Shown here: piece after piece, positions 39,033 through 48,626 of the stretch
How positions within the stretch are numbered: the first letter of the stretch is position 1
Layout of the letters: every line of letters begins with the position of its first letter
Assembly: GCA_964620445.1 (NCBI GenBank)
Contig: CAZUHB010000015.1
Coordinates: 11,157 to 75,156, forward strand
DNA: 64,000 nucleotides
Source of the DNA: an uncultured Phycisphaerales bacterium
Lineage (GTDB): Bacteria; Planctomycetota; B15-G4; CAYZWU01
Direction: 5' to 3'
Notes under the pieces: model-generated
The model's input: the letters and a program-made list of their open reading frames with translations, nothing else
The model's database searches: none
What the model was told of the DNA's origin: nothing
Program-made: the position numbers and the translations under genes

Positions 39033-40565
39033 TCATCGCGTGTAGAACCGTGCGCCCGTGGTAAAGCAGGGTGTGGCTCCGCCGAAAGTCCGGTCCATAT
39101 CGTCGGCCGAAAAGGTCTGCACCTTGATCATGTTCCCGCCGAGCGCAACGAGCATGATCCCCGAGCGGCACCCGGGGAAAGGGACCGCTTCGCCGTCTTC
39201 GTTGTAAACGAATTCGCAGATAAAAAAAACGATCGGCTGTTCGAGGGGCACAAAGGTGATCGCGTCGAAGGCGGGCGGCTCGCCGATGAATGGCGACACG
39301 CCGGTGATCGCGAAGAGACCGCCATGACAGGTCGAATCGACGATCCCCTTGCCGTCGTCGCACGCGCAGAGCCACTGGTCGTGCGCGCCCATGCTGATCC
39401 TGATCTCCTCCGGTTCGAAGGGATCGCGCACGAAGGCGAGCATGTTCTCGGGGCGCCCGAGCGCGCCGCCCGTGATCCCCTCGACGAACCAGTTTCCGGC
39501 GAGGGTGCCGTACCGGTCGTGGCACACTTCACCCCACGCGGGCTCCTCGTCCCTGTCGATCAGATCGACCAGATCGCCGCGCAGGCCGCTTTCGAAGAAG
39601 GCGATCGGCGAGGATCCGAAATGCCGCCTTTCGTCGGAGTGCCTGTAGAGAAGGGGATTGGCGTGCGGCAGAGGCGCGTCCAGATCGACGCCGCCGAAGA
39701 GAATAGCCGGCTGTGCGTCCTTCAGACCCGCCGCGAATCCGATCGGTTCGCCGCTTTTGAGAACGACCTCCACGTCGTCGGGATGCTGCTCCATCGCGGC
39801 GAGCAATTTGTCGGAGAGCGCGCCCAGCTGCTCGAAAAACACCTTGTACGACTCGGTGACAACGAATTCGACGCTGTAGTCGCTGTAGGGCCCCACGTCG
39901 CTGTGGAATCGTTCCCGCCGGACGATGCGCGTCACCGCACCGTCGGCAGGCGCAAACACCCCGACGCGGGGACCGTCCTGATTCAGCATCTCCTCGGCTT
40001 TGAACCGGATGAGATGGTGTGTCGACGGAAGCACCCGCCCCTCGCGAGGAGCCAGCATGCCGAGCGGAGTCACACCCCCGTCCGCGACCTTGTCGAGTTC
40101 GGTCGGTTCGTGGACAAAAAGCGGCGCGCCCGTGGCCGGCGGAATCCATCCTGACAGGAGACCCTTGACGTGAAAGGTGCGGTCCTCCCTGAAGGTGAGC
40201 TGATAGGACGCCCGAGGCCGGTTGAACGTCCATGTACCCACGATCGACCCGGGCATCTCCTCGCCGCTCACCCGCTCGAGTTCGATGGCGTTGTCCCAGC
40301 ACATGATCTTCTGGCTCACGACCACATCGTCCACGACGAGCTCCTCGGGAAAATGGTATCGATCGGGAAGCCTGGGAAAATTTGTCGACCGCGTGAAGAG
40401 GGCGAGATATTTGTCCCCCATGTCGAGATAGTATCGGCCCGACGCGGAAAACTCCCTGGTCATACCTTCCGGGGCTGTGCAGAGGCCTGTGGGCGGAGCG
40501 GCGCACGCACAGAGGGTTGCGAGAAGAATGGCTGTAACTAGTTGATATGGCGTAAGATATTTCAT
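39033..40565 (-). CDS. Hypothetical lipoprotein, 510 aa.
   Basis: Signal with lipobox LATLCAC. No recognisable domain. It lies downstream of bshA on the same strand. Confidence 0.45.
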   Translation of the reverse strand: MKYLTPYQLVTAILLATLCACAAPPTGLCTAPEGMTREFSASGRYYLDMGDKYLALFTRSTNFPRLPDRYHFPEELVVDDVVVSQKIMCWDNAIELERVSGEEMPGSIVGTWTFNRPRASYQLTFREDRTFHVKGLLSGWIPPATGAPLFVHEPTELDKVADGGVTPLGMLAPREGRVLPSTHHLIRFKAEEMLNQDGPRVGVFAPADGAVTRIVRRERFHSDVGPYSDYSVEFVVTESYKVFFEQLGALSDKLLAAMEQHPDDVEVVLKSGEPIGFAAGLKDAQPAILFGGVDLDAPLPHANPLLYRHSDERRHFGSSPIAFFESGLRGDLVDLIDRDEEPAWGEVCHDRYGTLAGNWFVEGITGGALGRPENMLAFVRDPFEPEEIRISMGAHDQWLCACDDGKGIVDSTCHGGLFAITGVSPFIGEPPAFDAITFVPLEQPIVFFICEFVYNEDGEAVPFPGCRSGIMLVALGGNMIKVQTFSADDMDRTFGGATPCFTTGARFYTR

Positions 40566-40636
40566 TTTTTCCCCCGAGGCGGATCGGAACGGTTTTTCTC
40601 TTTCTCTCTACTTATCGGAATCGAGGGGGGGAGAAT

Positions 40637-41731
40637 TCAAAGAGAGCTGTAGAAATCCTCGTATTGGCCCACAACCTTTTCGAGGCCGAAAACCTCTTGC
40701 GCGCGCAAGGTGGCCGCGACGCTCATGCGTTCCCAGGCGTCCCTGTCCTCGAGGAGCTGCACCGCATACCGGGCCGCGCTCTCGATATCGCCCACGGTGC
40801 AGAGGTAGCCGGTCCTGGCATGATCGACCACCTCCTTGAGCCCGCCCGCGCTGGAGGCGAGGATCGGCACGCCGCACGCCATCGCCTCGAGTGCGCTCAG
40901 GCCGAAGGACTCGTATTCGGAAAGGAGCATGAAGAGGTGGCCGCAGCGCAGCACATCGGCCATGTGGGCCGTGGGACCGTTGAAGATCACGATATCCTTG
41001 ATGCCCAGCTCGGCCGTGAGAAGCCGCGCTTCGGCAAGCTCCGGGCCCTCGCCCAGAAAGAGGAGGCGCGCGGCCACTCTCTTTCTGAGCTTGTCGAAGA
41101 CACGCACCATGTCGAGGACCCGTTTCACGGGGCGGAAGTTCGACGCATGGATCACCTCGAGCGCGCCTGCGGCCGCAAAGGGATTGCGCCCCTTCGCGTG
41201 AAAACGGGTATGGTCCACGAAATTGGGAATGACGCGCGGCTCCACCTCGGGATCGAAGATCTCGATCGTCTTTTTCTTGAGCCAATCGGAAACGGTCGTG
41301 ATGCCGTCGCACACGTTCATCGTGTGGCGCACGAGGTCGAAGAACTCTTCCTGGCTGCCCACGAGGGTGATGTCCGTACCGTGGAGCGTGGCCGCCACCT
41401 TGACCGGCCGGCAGGAGATATCGCGCGCCATGATCGCCGAGATCGCATGGGGGACCGCATAGTGGGCGTGGATCACGTCGATGGCATGTTCCTTGACCAC
41501 CTCGGCAAGTTTGTTGGCGAGGCAGAGGTCGTGGGGCGGGTACTTGAAGAGCGGATAGTCGACCACGTTCACTTGGTGAAAGGTCACTCCCGATCCATTT
41601 GTGAGACGCAGGGGGCGCGCATAGCTCACCATGTGGATGTCGTGGCCGCGCCGCGCGAGAGCCATGGCCAGCTCGGTGGCCACGATGCCCGATCCTCCGG
41701 TGGTGGGGTGGCACGAGATCGCGATGCGCAT
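40637..41731 (-). CDS. bshA: N-acetyl-alpha-D-glucosaminyl L-malate synthase (GT4 glycosyltransferase), first step of bacillithiol synthesis.
   Basis: N-terminus MRIAISCHPTTGGSGIVATELAMALARRGHDIHMVSY closely resembles BshA (MKIGITCYPTYGGSGVVATELG...). GT4 C-terminal E-x7-E region FGLSALEAMACGVPILAS. It sits in an operon with bshB and bshC. Confidence 0.8.
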   Translation of the reverse strand: MRIAISCHPTTGGSGIVATELAMALARRGHDIHMVSYARPLRLTNGSGVTFHQVNVVDYPLFKYPPHDLCLANKLAEVVKEHAIDVIHAHYAVPHAISAIMARDISCRPVKVAATLHGTDITLVGSQEEFFDLVRHTMNVCDGITTVSDWLKKKTIEIFDPEVEPRVIPNFVDHTRFHAKGRNPFAAAGALEVIHASNFRPVKRVLDMVRVFDKLRKRVAARLLFLGEGPELAEARLLTAELGIKDIVIFNGPTAHMADVLRCGHLFMLLSEYESFGLSALEAMACGVPILASSAGGLKEVVDHARTGYLCTVGDIESAARYAVQLLEDRDAWERMSVAATLRAQEVFGLEKVVGQYEDFYSSL

Positions 41732-41745
41732 ACGGCTCTCCTTGA

Positions 41746-42468
41746 TCAGACCCTGGTGAAGGGCGCGAAATGGGCGACCGGATCATCCATGGGCACGGCA
41801 CGCTTCATGAAAAAAGGCTCGCCATGGGTTCTCTCGATCAAGCCGCCGAAGTACCGATCGCGCGCCTCGATGCGCAAGAGGAAATCGGGTTTGGAAATCC
41901 CGGTGAGACGTTCCGTGCTCTCCGGGTTGTGAAGCTGGGAGCGGTAGACCTCGATGGCGGCCTTCTTCTTTTCGAAATAGCCCGAGATGTCGACGATGAA
42001 ACTGGGCACGAAGGGGATGTGTCCCTTGTAGAAGAGGAACGCCCGCGGCCGGTAGGGGGTGCCGCCCGCCGTGTGCTTCTCGAATCCCACGGGGTACATG
42101 ATGTTCTGCACCATCTGCGCGGCGGCGCAGTGGTCGGGGTGCAGGTCGTCCCAGTGATGGCAGAGCACGATTCCAGGCCGGAAGTGGCGGATGATCTCGA
42201 CGATCTTGGCGCGGTTCTCGAAAGTGTCGTCGAGAACGCCGTCTCCCATGTCGAGGTTGATCCGCTCTGTGACACCCATGATCCGCGCAGCGTCGGCCGC
42301 TTCCCGGGCGCGGACCTCGGGCGTCCCGCGCGTGCCCATCTCGCCGCGCGTCAGGTCCGCCACCACGACGCTCTTGCCCATATCGATCATCTTGGCCACG
42401 GTGCCGCCCACGATCATCTCCACATCATCCGGGTGGGCGCCGATGGCGAGTATGTCCACCGAAGTCAT
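41746..42468 (-). CDS. bshB: N-acetyl-alpha-D-glucosaminyl L-malate deacetylase (PIG-L/LmbE family).
   Basis: LmbE motif ILAIGAHPDDVEM, HPDH. About 240 aa. AGGAGA RBS. Its start overlaps the bshC stop (ATGA). Confidence 0.75.
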   Translation of the reverse strand: MTSVDILAIGAHPDDVEMIVGGTVAKMIDMGKSVVVADLTRGEMGTRGTPEVRAREAADAARIMGVTERINLDMGDGVLDDTFENRAKIVEIIRHFRPGIVLCHHWDDLHPDHCAAAQMVQNIMYPVGFEKHTAGGTPYRPRAFLFYKGHIPFVPSFIVDISGYFEKKKAAIEVYRSQLHNPESTERLTGISKPDFLLRIEARDRYFGGLIERTHGEPFFMKRAVPMDDPVAHFAPFTRV

Positions 42469-44054
42469 GCCTCGTCTCCTTGAATTTCTCCTTGGATGCT
42501 GTCCCGATCTCCGGGCGGTGCACCGGGCCGGATTTTCACCAGATGGTGGGCGAACGCCCAGGGATCGAGCGTGTCGCGGGCGCGCGCCACGAACTCCCGT
42601 CCATACCGGCCCACGAAATCGAGAGGGCTCGTCACCCGCTCCTGGAGCTTTCCTTCCGGCCGGAGGGCCCCGTCGATCGTTTCGAAGAGGGCGCGGCCGC
42701 GGCCCGCCTCGTCGGCCACGACCTGGCGCATGCGGGCTTCCGCCTTGTCGATCAGCCCCGCAAGCGTGTTCCGTCCGCGGCGGATCTTCTTGTCCTCCCT
42801 CTTTTCGAGAAAGCGATCGACCCGGTCGAGCAGGGTCTTGCCCGCGTCGCGCAGGGCGGCCGCGTCCGAGTCGTCGGAAGGGGCGGGACGTCTCGCGGCG
42901 AGGAGCTCCTTTCCTTCGACACCCGCCTTGCGCGCGGCGCGCGCGATGCGCGGTTCGACAAAGGTGGCCGAGATGCGCGGCCTGAGGAGCGCGCGCCTGA
43001 CCCCGGCCACGACGTAGACCGCGTCGATCTGCCAGAGGTAGAGGAGTTCCGACGGCCCGCCCACCATGGCGCTCACGGGCAGCACCGCGTCTTGCAGAAC
43101 GGGCCGGAGCGCCGCGTTCGGACTGAATGCGGCCGGATTGGCGCGGATCCGGCCGGCTGCCTCGGCGAGGGAGCACTTTCCCGAGGAGAGGGTCGCGCCG
43201 TCGGCCGAGATCTCCACCTTGACCCGCATGCCGTCCCGGATCTCGAACAAGCCCGGTTCCCTGAGCGGAGGGGTGAATCCCCGCGCGGAAAGAACGGTCG
43301 ATCCCGCCTCGAAAGCCGACAGGACCTGGGGCCACTCCTCCACGAGCCGCGCGAGCACGGGCGCGGTGAGCGGCCGGAGCGCGATCGGTTCGACGAGGAG
43401 GAGGCTCTCGCCGAAGAGCGATTCCATGAGGCTCCTGAAGAGAGCGGGGTAGGATTCGAAAGAGGCCTTTTCGATCATGGCGTGCAGGTCGGCGTGGCGC
43501 TCGAGCTCCGCCGGAAACGTCTCGCCCACGAAGGCAATCAGCCGGTCCCTCTCTTCCGCGAGGGAAAGATCCGCCACCTGCGGCCGCCGCGACGGGATCG
43601 CGCCCCCGGCGGGGCCGGCCACGAATCGCCGGTTGTCGAGCGTACAGCGATTCACCTCGAGATGGTCATGATCCTCCGACGCCATCCAGAAGAGCGGGAC
43701 GTGGCGAACGCCGGTGGCGTCCTCGAGGTCGGCCGCGAGGCGGATGATGGTGATCGCCTTCAGAAAGGTATAGAGCGGTCCGGTGAGAAGACCCACCTGC
43801 TGTCCGGCCACCACGAAGCGCGCGTCGTCCGCTCCGGCCGGCAGGCCGCTCGAAGCGCTCAAGATCCGCGTCAGCCTCTCCCGGTCGATGAAGGGAGACG
43901 TGCTCGCCTCCGGCACGGTTCCCCGTTCGAGCAGGGGGAATCCTCCGAGCAGGCCAGGGTCTCCCGCCTGCAAGCGGGCGAGGAGGTGATCGGCCCCGAA
44001 CGGTTCGAGATCGGCGTAGCCGAGCAGGGTACTTTCGAGATCGAGCCCGCTCAT
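42465..44054 (-). CDS. bshC: Bacillithiol biosynthesis cysteine-adding enzyme.
   Basis: Signature FVVAGQQVGLLTGPLYTFLKAITIIRLA matches the BshC consensus (tGQQ.glf.GPlY...K). Its start overlaps the methyltransferase stop (ATGA at 44051-44054). Confidence 0.75.
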   Translation of the reverse strand: MSGLDLESTLLGYADLEPFGADHLLARLQAGDPGLLGGFPLLERGTVPEASTSPFIDRERLTRILSASSGLPAGADDARFVVAGQQVGLLTGPLYTFLKAITIIRLAADLEDATGVRHVPLFWMASEDHDHLEVNRCTLDNRRFVAGPAGGAIPSRRPQVADLSLAEERDRLIAFVGETFPAELERHADLHAMIEKASFESYPALFRSLMESLFGESLLLVEPIALRPLTAPVLARLVEEWPQVLSAFEAGSTVLSARGFTPPLREPGLFEIRDGMRVKVEISADGATLSSGKCSLAEAAGRIRANPAAFSPNAALRPVLQDAVLPVSAMVGGPSELLYLWQIDAVYVVAGVRRALLRPRISATFVEPRIARAARKAGVEGKELLAARRPAPSDDSDAAALRDAGKTLLDRVDRFLEKREDKKIRRGRNTLAGLIDKAEARMRQVVADEAGRGRALFETIDGALRPEGKLQERVTSPLDFVGRYGREFVARARDTLDPWAFAHHLVKIRPGAPPGDRDSIQGEIQGDEA

Positions 44055-44818
44055 GGCGTCGCCTCCGCTCGCTTGCGCGCCAGCAGGATCATGCGCGGCG
44101 AACCGGAACCGAATGCCTCGCCTTCGAAGGATCCGACGATCCGGTCGCAATCGAGGCCGTGGCGCGCGCAAAGGCCGATGAGATCGCCGGGCCGGAAAAG
44201 GCGTACGCTTTCGCGAAATCGTGACACCTTGCCTTCCGCGTCGGTCACCTCGGTTTCCTTGACAGCGCGGTCCTTTTCGATCCGCCTCTTCTGCCGGATG
44301 AACAGGCCGTCCCGTTCCTCGCTGCTCTCGGGAACGAGGCTCCGCTCGAGCGCCCCGCGGTTGATGTGGTCGACCACGAGCCACCCTTCCGGGGTGACGA
44401 GCCGCGCCATTTCACCGAAGGCGCATTCGTTCTGCCCGTCCTCCTCGAAGTAGCCGAAGCTGGTGAAGATGTTGAGCACCACGCCGAACGCCCCGCCTGC
44501 GAAAGGCGTGCGCCGCATATCGGCTCTCACCAGGCGGCCGGCCAGACCAGGCCATTTTTTTTGCGCCAGGGAGAGAAGCTCCACTGACAGATCGGCGCCC
44601 ACCACATCGAAGCCGAGGTTTTTCACGGCGGCCATGTGCCGTCCGGCACCGCAGCAGAGGTCGAGGATCCGTTCGTCCCCGGAGAGACCGAGCACCTTAA
44701 AGAGGGAATTCACTTCCGCGCGGGCCGAGGCTTCATCCCGGTGCTCGTAGAGCAGAGGATAGAGCTCTCCAAAGGAGCGCACATACCAGGGAACGGCCTC
44801 ATCAGTTCGATCGGGCAT
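44051..44818 (-). CDS. Class I SAM-dependent methyltransferase, translationally coupled to bshC. Candidate bacillithiol N-methyltransferase (NmbA-like).
   Basis: Motif I ILDLCCGAGRH and post-I DVVGADLS; 255 aa. First gene of the MTase-bshC-bshB-bshA operon. Assigning it as NmbA-like is inference from context. Confidence 0.65.
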   Translation of the reverse strand: MPDRTDEAVPWYVRSFGELYPLLYEHRDEASARAEVNSLFKVLGLSGDERILDLCCGAGRHMAAVKNLGFDVVGADLSVELLSLAQKKWPGLAGRLVRADMRRTPFAGGAFGVVLNIFTSFGYFEEDGQNECAFGEMARLVTPEGWLVVDHINRGALERSLVPESSEERDGLFIRQKRRIEKDRAVKETEVTDAEGKVSRFRESVRLFRPGDLIGLCARHGLDCDRIVGSFEGEAFGSGSPRMILLARKRAEATP

Positions 44819-44912
44819 ACCTTACGATTATATATTGCGGCCGCGGTTCGTTCCATCCTCGACACACGGCCGGTTGACATTGCCCGAAACCTGCCTTAAT
44901 GTCCATTTTCAG

Positions 44913-46334
44913 ATGGTGCCCAACAACACGACTCCTGCCGCGGCCCGTCCGCGGAACGCGGTCCGTCCGCAGGACGCGGTTCGTCCGCGGAACGCAAGGC
45001 GCAAAGAGCTCGCCGTGCTCGGTGCGCTCTTCCTGGTCGCCCTGCTCCTCAATCTCTCTCTGCTCTGGTTGCACCACAATCCGTCGGAGAAGGAGCTTCT
45101 CGGCGACGAAAACTACAACTTTGCCGTTGCGCGGGCACTCGCCGCTGGAGAGCCACTCTGTCCCGATCCGGCCTGGCCGCCGCTCTACGTCGAATCCCTG
45201 GCTGGAATATTCTCCCTCTTCGGACCGGGGCGGGGCCTGATTCAGGCGGTGCAGATCGCGATGTGGTTTCTGGCCGCCTTTTTTTTCCACAGGATCTGTG
45301 TGCGCCTCTTGCCCTGGCGGGGTGCCGCGCTGGCCGGTCTCGGCCTCTTTCTCTTCACGCCCGAGCTGATCGCCTTCAGTCACTATCTGTGGCCCGAGAT
45401 CGCCCACCTCTTCTTTTTTATGACCCTTCTCTGGCTTCTCGTCTGCCACGGTCGCAGGGTCGGCGCCGTCGTCGCGGCCGGGGTGGCTCTCGGGCTGGCC
45501 CTGCTGACCAAGCTGCTCCTGTTGCCTTTTGCGCCGCTGCTCATTTTGTTCGTCGTTTTCAAGTCCGGGGGAGGGTGGGCGAACCGGATCTTGAGAGGAT
45601 CTGTTTTCGGGCTTGCGGCCTTTGTCGTCGTCCTGCCCACGATGCTGAGCAATCTCGACCGGCACGAACGGTTCATGATCGCCGACAGTTCGGTGATCAA
45701 TCTCTGGGTGGGACTCAACGACGTCTCACCGGTCGATTACGAGGGCGACATCACCGAAAGGGAGTACTGGCGGTTCCGGCGCTCGGCCAAGACGATCACG
45801 GGGCAGAACGAACTCTATCTGGAGAAGATCACCCGGCTCGTGGCGGACCGCGGCCTTGCGGCCACCGTTGGCGGCCAGATCGCGAAGCAGTACTTCCGTC
45901 TCTTCGATTGCCGCACCTTCTTCACCACCCAGCTTCCTGGCGGGCCGCGGCAGGCCTACGGTTTCGAGAGCCTTCCGCTCGCTTCTGCTCTGCGCATCTG
46001 GTCGTTCGCGATGCACGGTCTCCTCGTGGCCGCTTTCGGGCTGGGCGCCTGTTTCATCGGACGGCGATCGGAGGGCTGGGTCCACTGCATCCTGCTTTTC
46101 GTGGTCTACAACGTGGCGCTCTTTCTATTTCTCCACACCAAGACCCGCTACCTCGTTCAGATCGTGCCCATGATGGCGCTCATCGCGGGGGTGTCGATCG
46201 AGTGGGCGCGCTGCCGCGTTGTGGGAGCCCCTTTTTCAGGGCGCTCCGGGTTTGCCTTCAGTGCGGCGCGTCTCGTTTGCGGTGTGGTCCTGGCTCTTGT
46301 TCTCCTGTTCCTCTCCTTTCGAAGCCTCATCTGA
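44913..46334 (+). CDS. Polytopic membrane protein, GT-C-fold glycosyltransferase-like (ArnT/PMT family 39-like).
   Basis: About 11 TM helices. The cytoplasmic-loop and TM pattern resembles ArnT-type transferases. A TTGACA-N16-TTAATG promoter-like element lies at 44868-44896. Confidence 0.5.
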   Translation: MVPNNTTPAAARPRNAVRPQDAVRPRNARRKELAVLGALFLVALLLNLSLLWLHHNPSEKELLGDENYNFAVARALAAGEPLCPDPAWPPLYVESLAGIFSLFGPGRGLIQAVQIAMWFLAAFFFHRICVRLLPWRGAALAGLGLFLFTPELIAFSHYLWPEIAHLFFFMTLLWLLVCHGRRVGAVVAAGVALGLALLTKLLLLPFAPLLILFVVFKSGGGWANRILRGSVFGLAAFVVVLPTMLSNLDRHERFMIADSSVINLWVGLNDVSPVDYEGDITEREYWRFRRSAKTITGQNELYLEKITRLVADRGLAATVGGQIAKQYFRLFDCRTFFTTQLPGGPRQAYGFESLPLASALRIWSFAMHGLLVAAFGLGACFIGRRSEGWVHCILLFVVYNVALFLFLHTKTRYLVQIVPMMALIAGVSIEWARCRVVGAPFSGRSGFAFSAARLVCGVVLALVLLFLSFRSLI

Positions 46335-46488
46335 TCCATTTTGGCCTCGGGCGGATCGGGCCGGCCCGCGGCGTCATTTCGACGAGGCAATAAAAAGCCC
46401 CCTCCTCGGCCGGAGCCTTGGAGGGGGTTCTGTGTTCAGGTTGTCGTGACAGCTCCGCCTTGCGGCAGGGCTGCCCTTTCAGCCGTGA

Positions 46489-48195
46489 TTAGTACTCGGC
46501 ACGCACGGTCCAGAAGCCGTAGGGCGACTCTGCCGGCGGATACATGTTGCCGTACAGGTTCGCGGGATCGAAGCCGTACATGGTGGTGGTACCGGTGTAG
46601 AACGCGGCGCCATACACGTACGGGTTGGTGCTGTCGATCGCCAGGCAGTACTGGTAAGCAGCGTGGTGCAGGTTGTAGGCCACGTAGAAGTTCGGCGTGG
46701 TGATGGTGCAGGGGCACGCATCCCAGTAGTGGATGTCGGTGTCGACATTGCCCACGACGCCGACGCCCTGAGTAAGCAGGGTAGCCTTGGTGGGATCACC
46801 AAAGTTGGTGGCTTCCCAGACGTAGAAGTCGGTGGCGGTACCGTTACCCGGAGCATAGCCCGAATACATGACCGAACCGAAGATCGTTCCCACGTTGACG
46901 AGAGCCTCGCCGCCAGGAATGGTGTCGAAGCAGTGCATACCGACCATGTCGCCACCGCTCACCCAGCAGAGGAGGTTGTCGGTCGAGCCACTGTCCCACT
47001 TGTACTCCGTGGGAGGCACGATGACGTCGATCGCAACCATGTCGTAGTCCCAGATGAAGGGCAGGTTGAGCTGGCCGTTGGGATACATGTCGAGAGCCAG
47101 GAAGACCTCGTAGCTGCCCACGGGCAGAGGCTGATCAAGGGCAGTTTCGGCGAAGTCCATGAGGCCGCCCATGTAGAAGTAGTTGCACACACCAGGCAGC
47201 CAGACGGCGGACGGATACTCACCGTAGGTGAAGAGGCCGCCCGAGGTCAGGTTCAGGCCCATGACCCAGATTTCAGACGGGAAGCCGGCGAAGTCGCGGG
47301 CTTCGACATCGATGGTGATCGTGCAGTTGGCGCCGTCGAAAACTTCAACAGGACCGTCGTCGCCGTTGCAGTCCACGTCGAGCCTCGGATAGGGATTGCC
47401 CTGTCCGCTGGCGCACCACTTGATGGCGTTCTCCCAGAGGAGATAGAAGTCGCCCGTGTGGGAGCCCCACAGCTCGTTCGCCGGGAAGACACAGATCGCG
47501 CACTGGCGGCCGCCGCTCGTGTCGTCGATGGCGATGGCGGCGGTGCCGTCCTCAGTCCAGGTACCGAGCAAGGTACCAGCCGAGGACACAGTCGTTCCAC
47601 CACAGTATCCGGAGCCCATGTAAAGGCTGGTGACCCCGTCGGTCACCGGGTGCGACACCATGGAGCCGATGTCGAGAGTACGAGAGTTATAGAGGCATCC
47701 ACCGGTTTCGTACATGGGGCAGATGGTCTCCATCTGGTTCCAGCCGTAGCCGTAGCCGCCGGACCATGTCGACCAGTCCTGCCAGATGAACGTACCATAG
47801 AGCATGTTGCCCATGGAGTTCATCACGTAGTCGTAGACCACGTCACCCACGGTAGGCGCGTTCGGGAAGATGCCGTTCTCCATGAGAAGCACGGCGTCGA
47901 ATCCCTCGAGGAAGCCGACCGACGGAGTGGACGAGGCGCACTCGAAGGTGTCAAAGCTGATGTCGGTCATGTTCGCCTCGAAGAGCGCTTTCGTGCCGTC
48001 GAGGTCGGACTGGTAGTTCCCCATCAAGAGGCACGTGAACGAACGGGCCGGACCGTTTTCGACGATCGGGGCCTGCGGATTCGCCGGCAGGTCGAGCGGT
48101 TCGGCGTCGCGTGTACCTGTGTTCTTGTCGGCACCCACGGCCACACCAGCCAGAAGGACCAAGAACATGAGGACATAAAAACTGTTCTTCTTCAT
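46489..48195 (-). CDS. Hypothetical secreted protein, 568 aa, Gly/Tyr/Trp-rich. It shares a beta-sandwich domain with the C-terminus of the FG-GAP protein.
   Basis: Signal peptide MKKNSFYVLMFLVLLAGVAVGA. Segment CNGDDGPVEVFDGANCTITIDVEA...VGSYEVFLALDMYPNGQLNLPFIWDYDMVAIDVIV is homologous to the FG-GAP C-terminus CNGEDSGVVVNSGENVTLTIDAHA...AGNYEAFLAIDLLPDGSFNPPYLWNQDVVDFVV. Confidence 0.5.
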   Translation of the reverse strand: MKKNSFYVLMFLVLLAGVAVGADKNTGTRDAEPLDLPANPQAPIVENGPARSFTCLLMGNYQSDLDGTKALFEANMTDISFDTFECASSTPSVGFLEGFDAVLLMENGIFPNAPTVGDVVYDYVMNSMGNMLYGTFIWQDWSTWSGGYGYGWNQMETICPMYETGGCLYNSRTLDIGSMVSHPVTDGVTSLYMGSGYCGGTTVSSAGTLLGTWTEDGTAAIAIDDTSGGRQCAICVFPANELWGSHTGDFYLLWENAIKWCASGQGNPYPRLDVDCNGDDGPVEVFDGANCTITIDVEARDFAGFPSEIWVMGLNLTSGGLFTYGEYPSAVWLPGVCNYFYMGGLMDFAETALDQPLPVGSYEVFLALDMYPNGQLNLPFIWDYDMVAIDVIVPPTEYKWDSGSTDNLLCWVSGGDMVGMHCFDTIPGGEALVNVGTIFGSVMYSGYAPGNGTATDFYVWEATNFGDPTKATLLTQGVGVVGNVDTDIHYWDACPCTITTPNFYVAYNLHHAAYQYCLAIDSTNPYVYGAAFYTGTTTMYGFDPANLYGNMYPPAESPYGFWTVRAEY

Positions 48196-48626
48196 TTCGT
48201 TCTCCTTTCCACTTGTCCCAAAAAACGACTAGGCAAATTTATTTTGCCAGAACTAACGATGAGTTTGATACCGGGGGGTCTGCTCTTCCACCTCCCATCC
48301 TGTTGTTGTCCCCCCAAAATACGACGACGAAACAAAACCCTTTCGGCCCCGGTCTGGGCCGGAATTCCATATCAGAACGCTATTGATCTCCATCCATGTT
48401 TGAGCGGAAGCAAGGCTTTCTGATCGAAACGTAAAAGTTATGATTCGAGACAGCTCCGACACATCGGTCGTTCGAGCTGTTATTAGAGCCAACACTAGAT
48501 CCCTATGAATATAATAGTATTCTAAATGTTTCGCGCGCGGATTGCAAGGCGGCAACCGGCGCTTGGAGCAAAAGTTTGTTTTTTCGAAACGTTCAGTTTT
48601 TTGAACAAAGATCAAAGAGATTTCGA

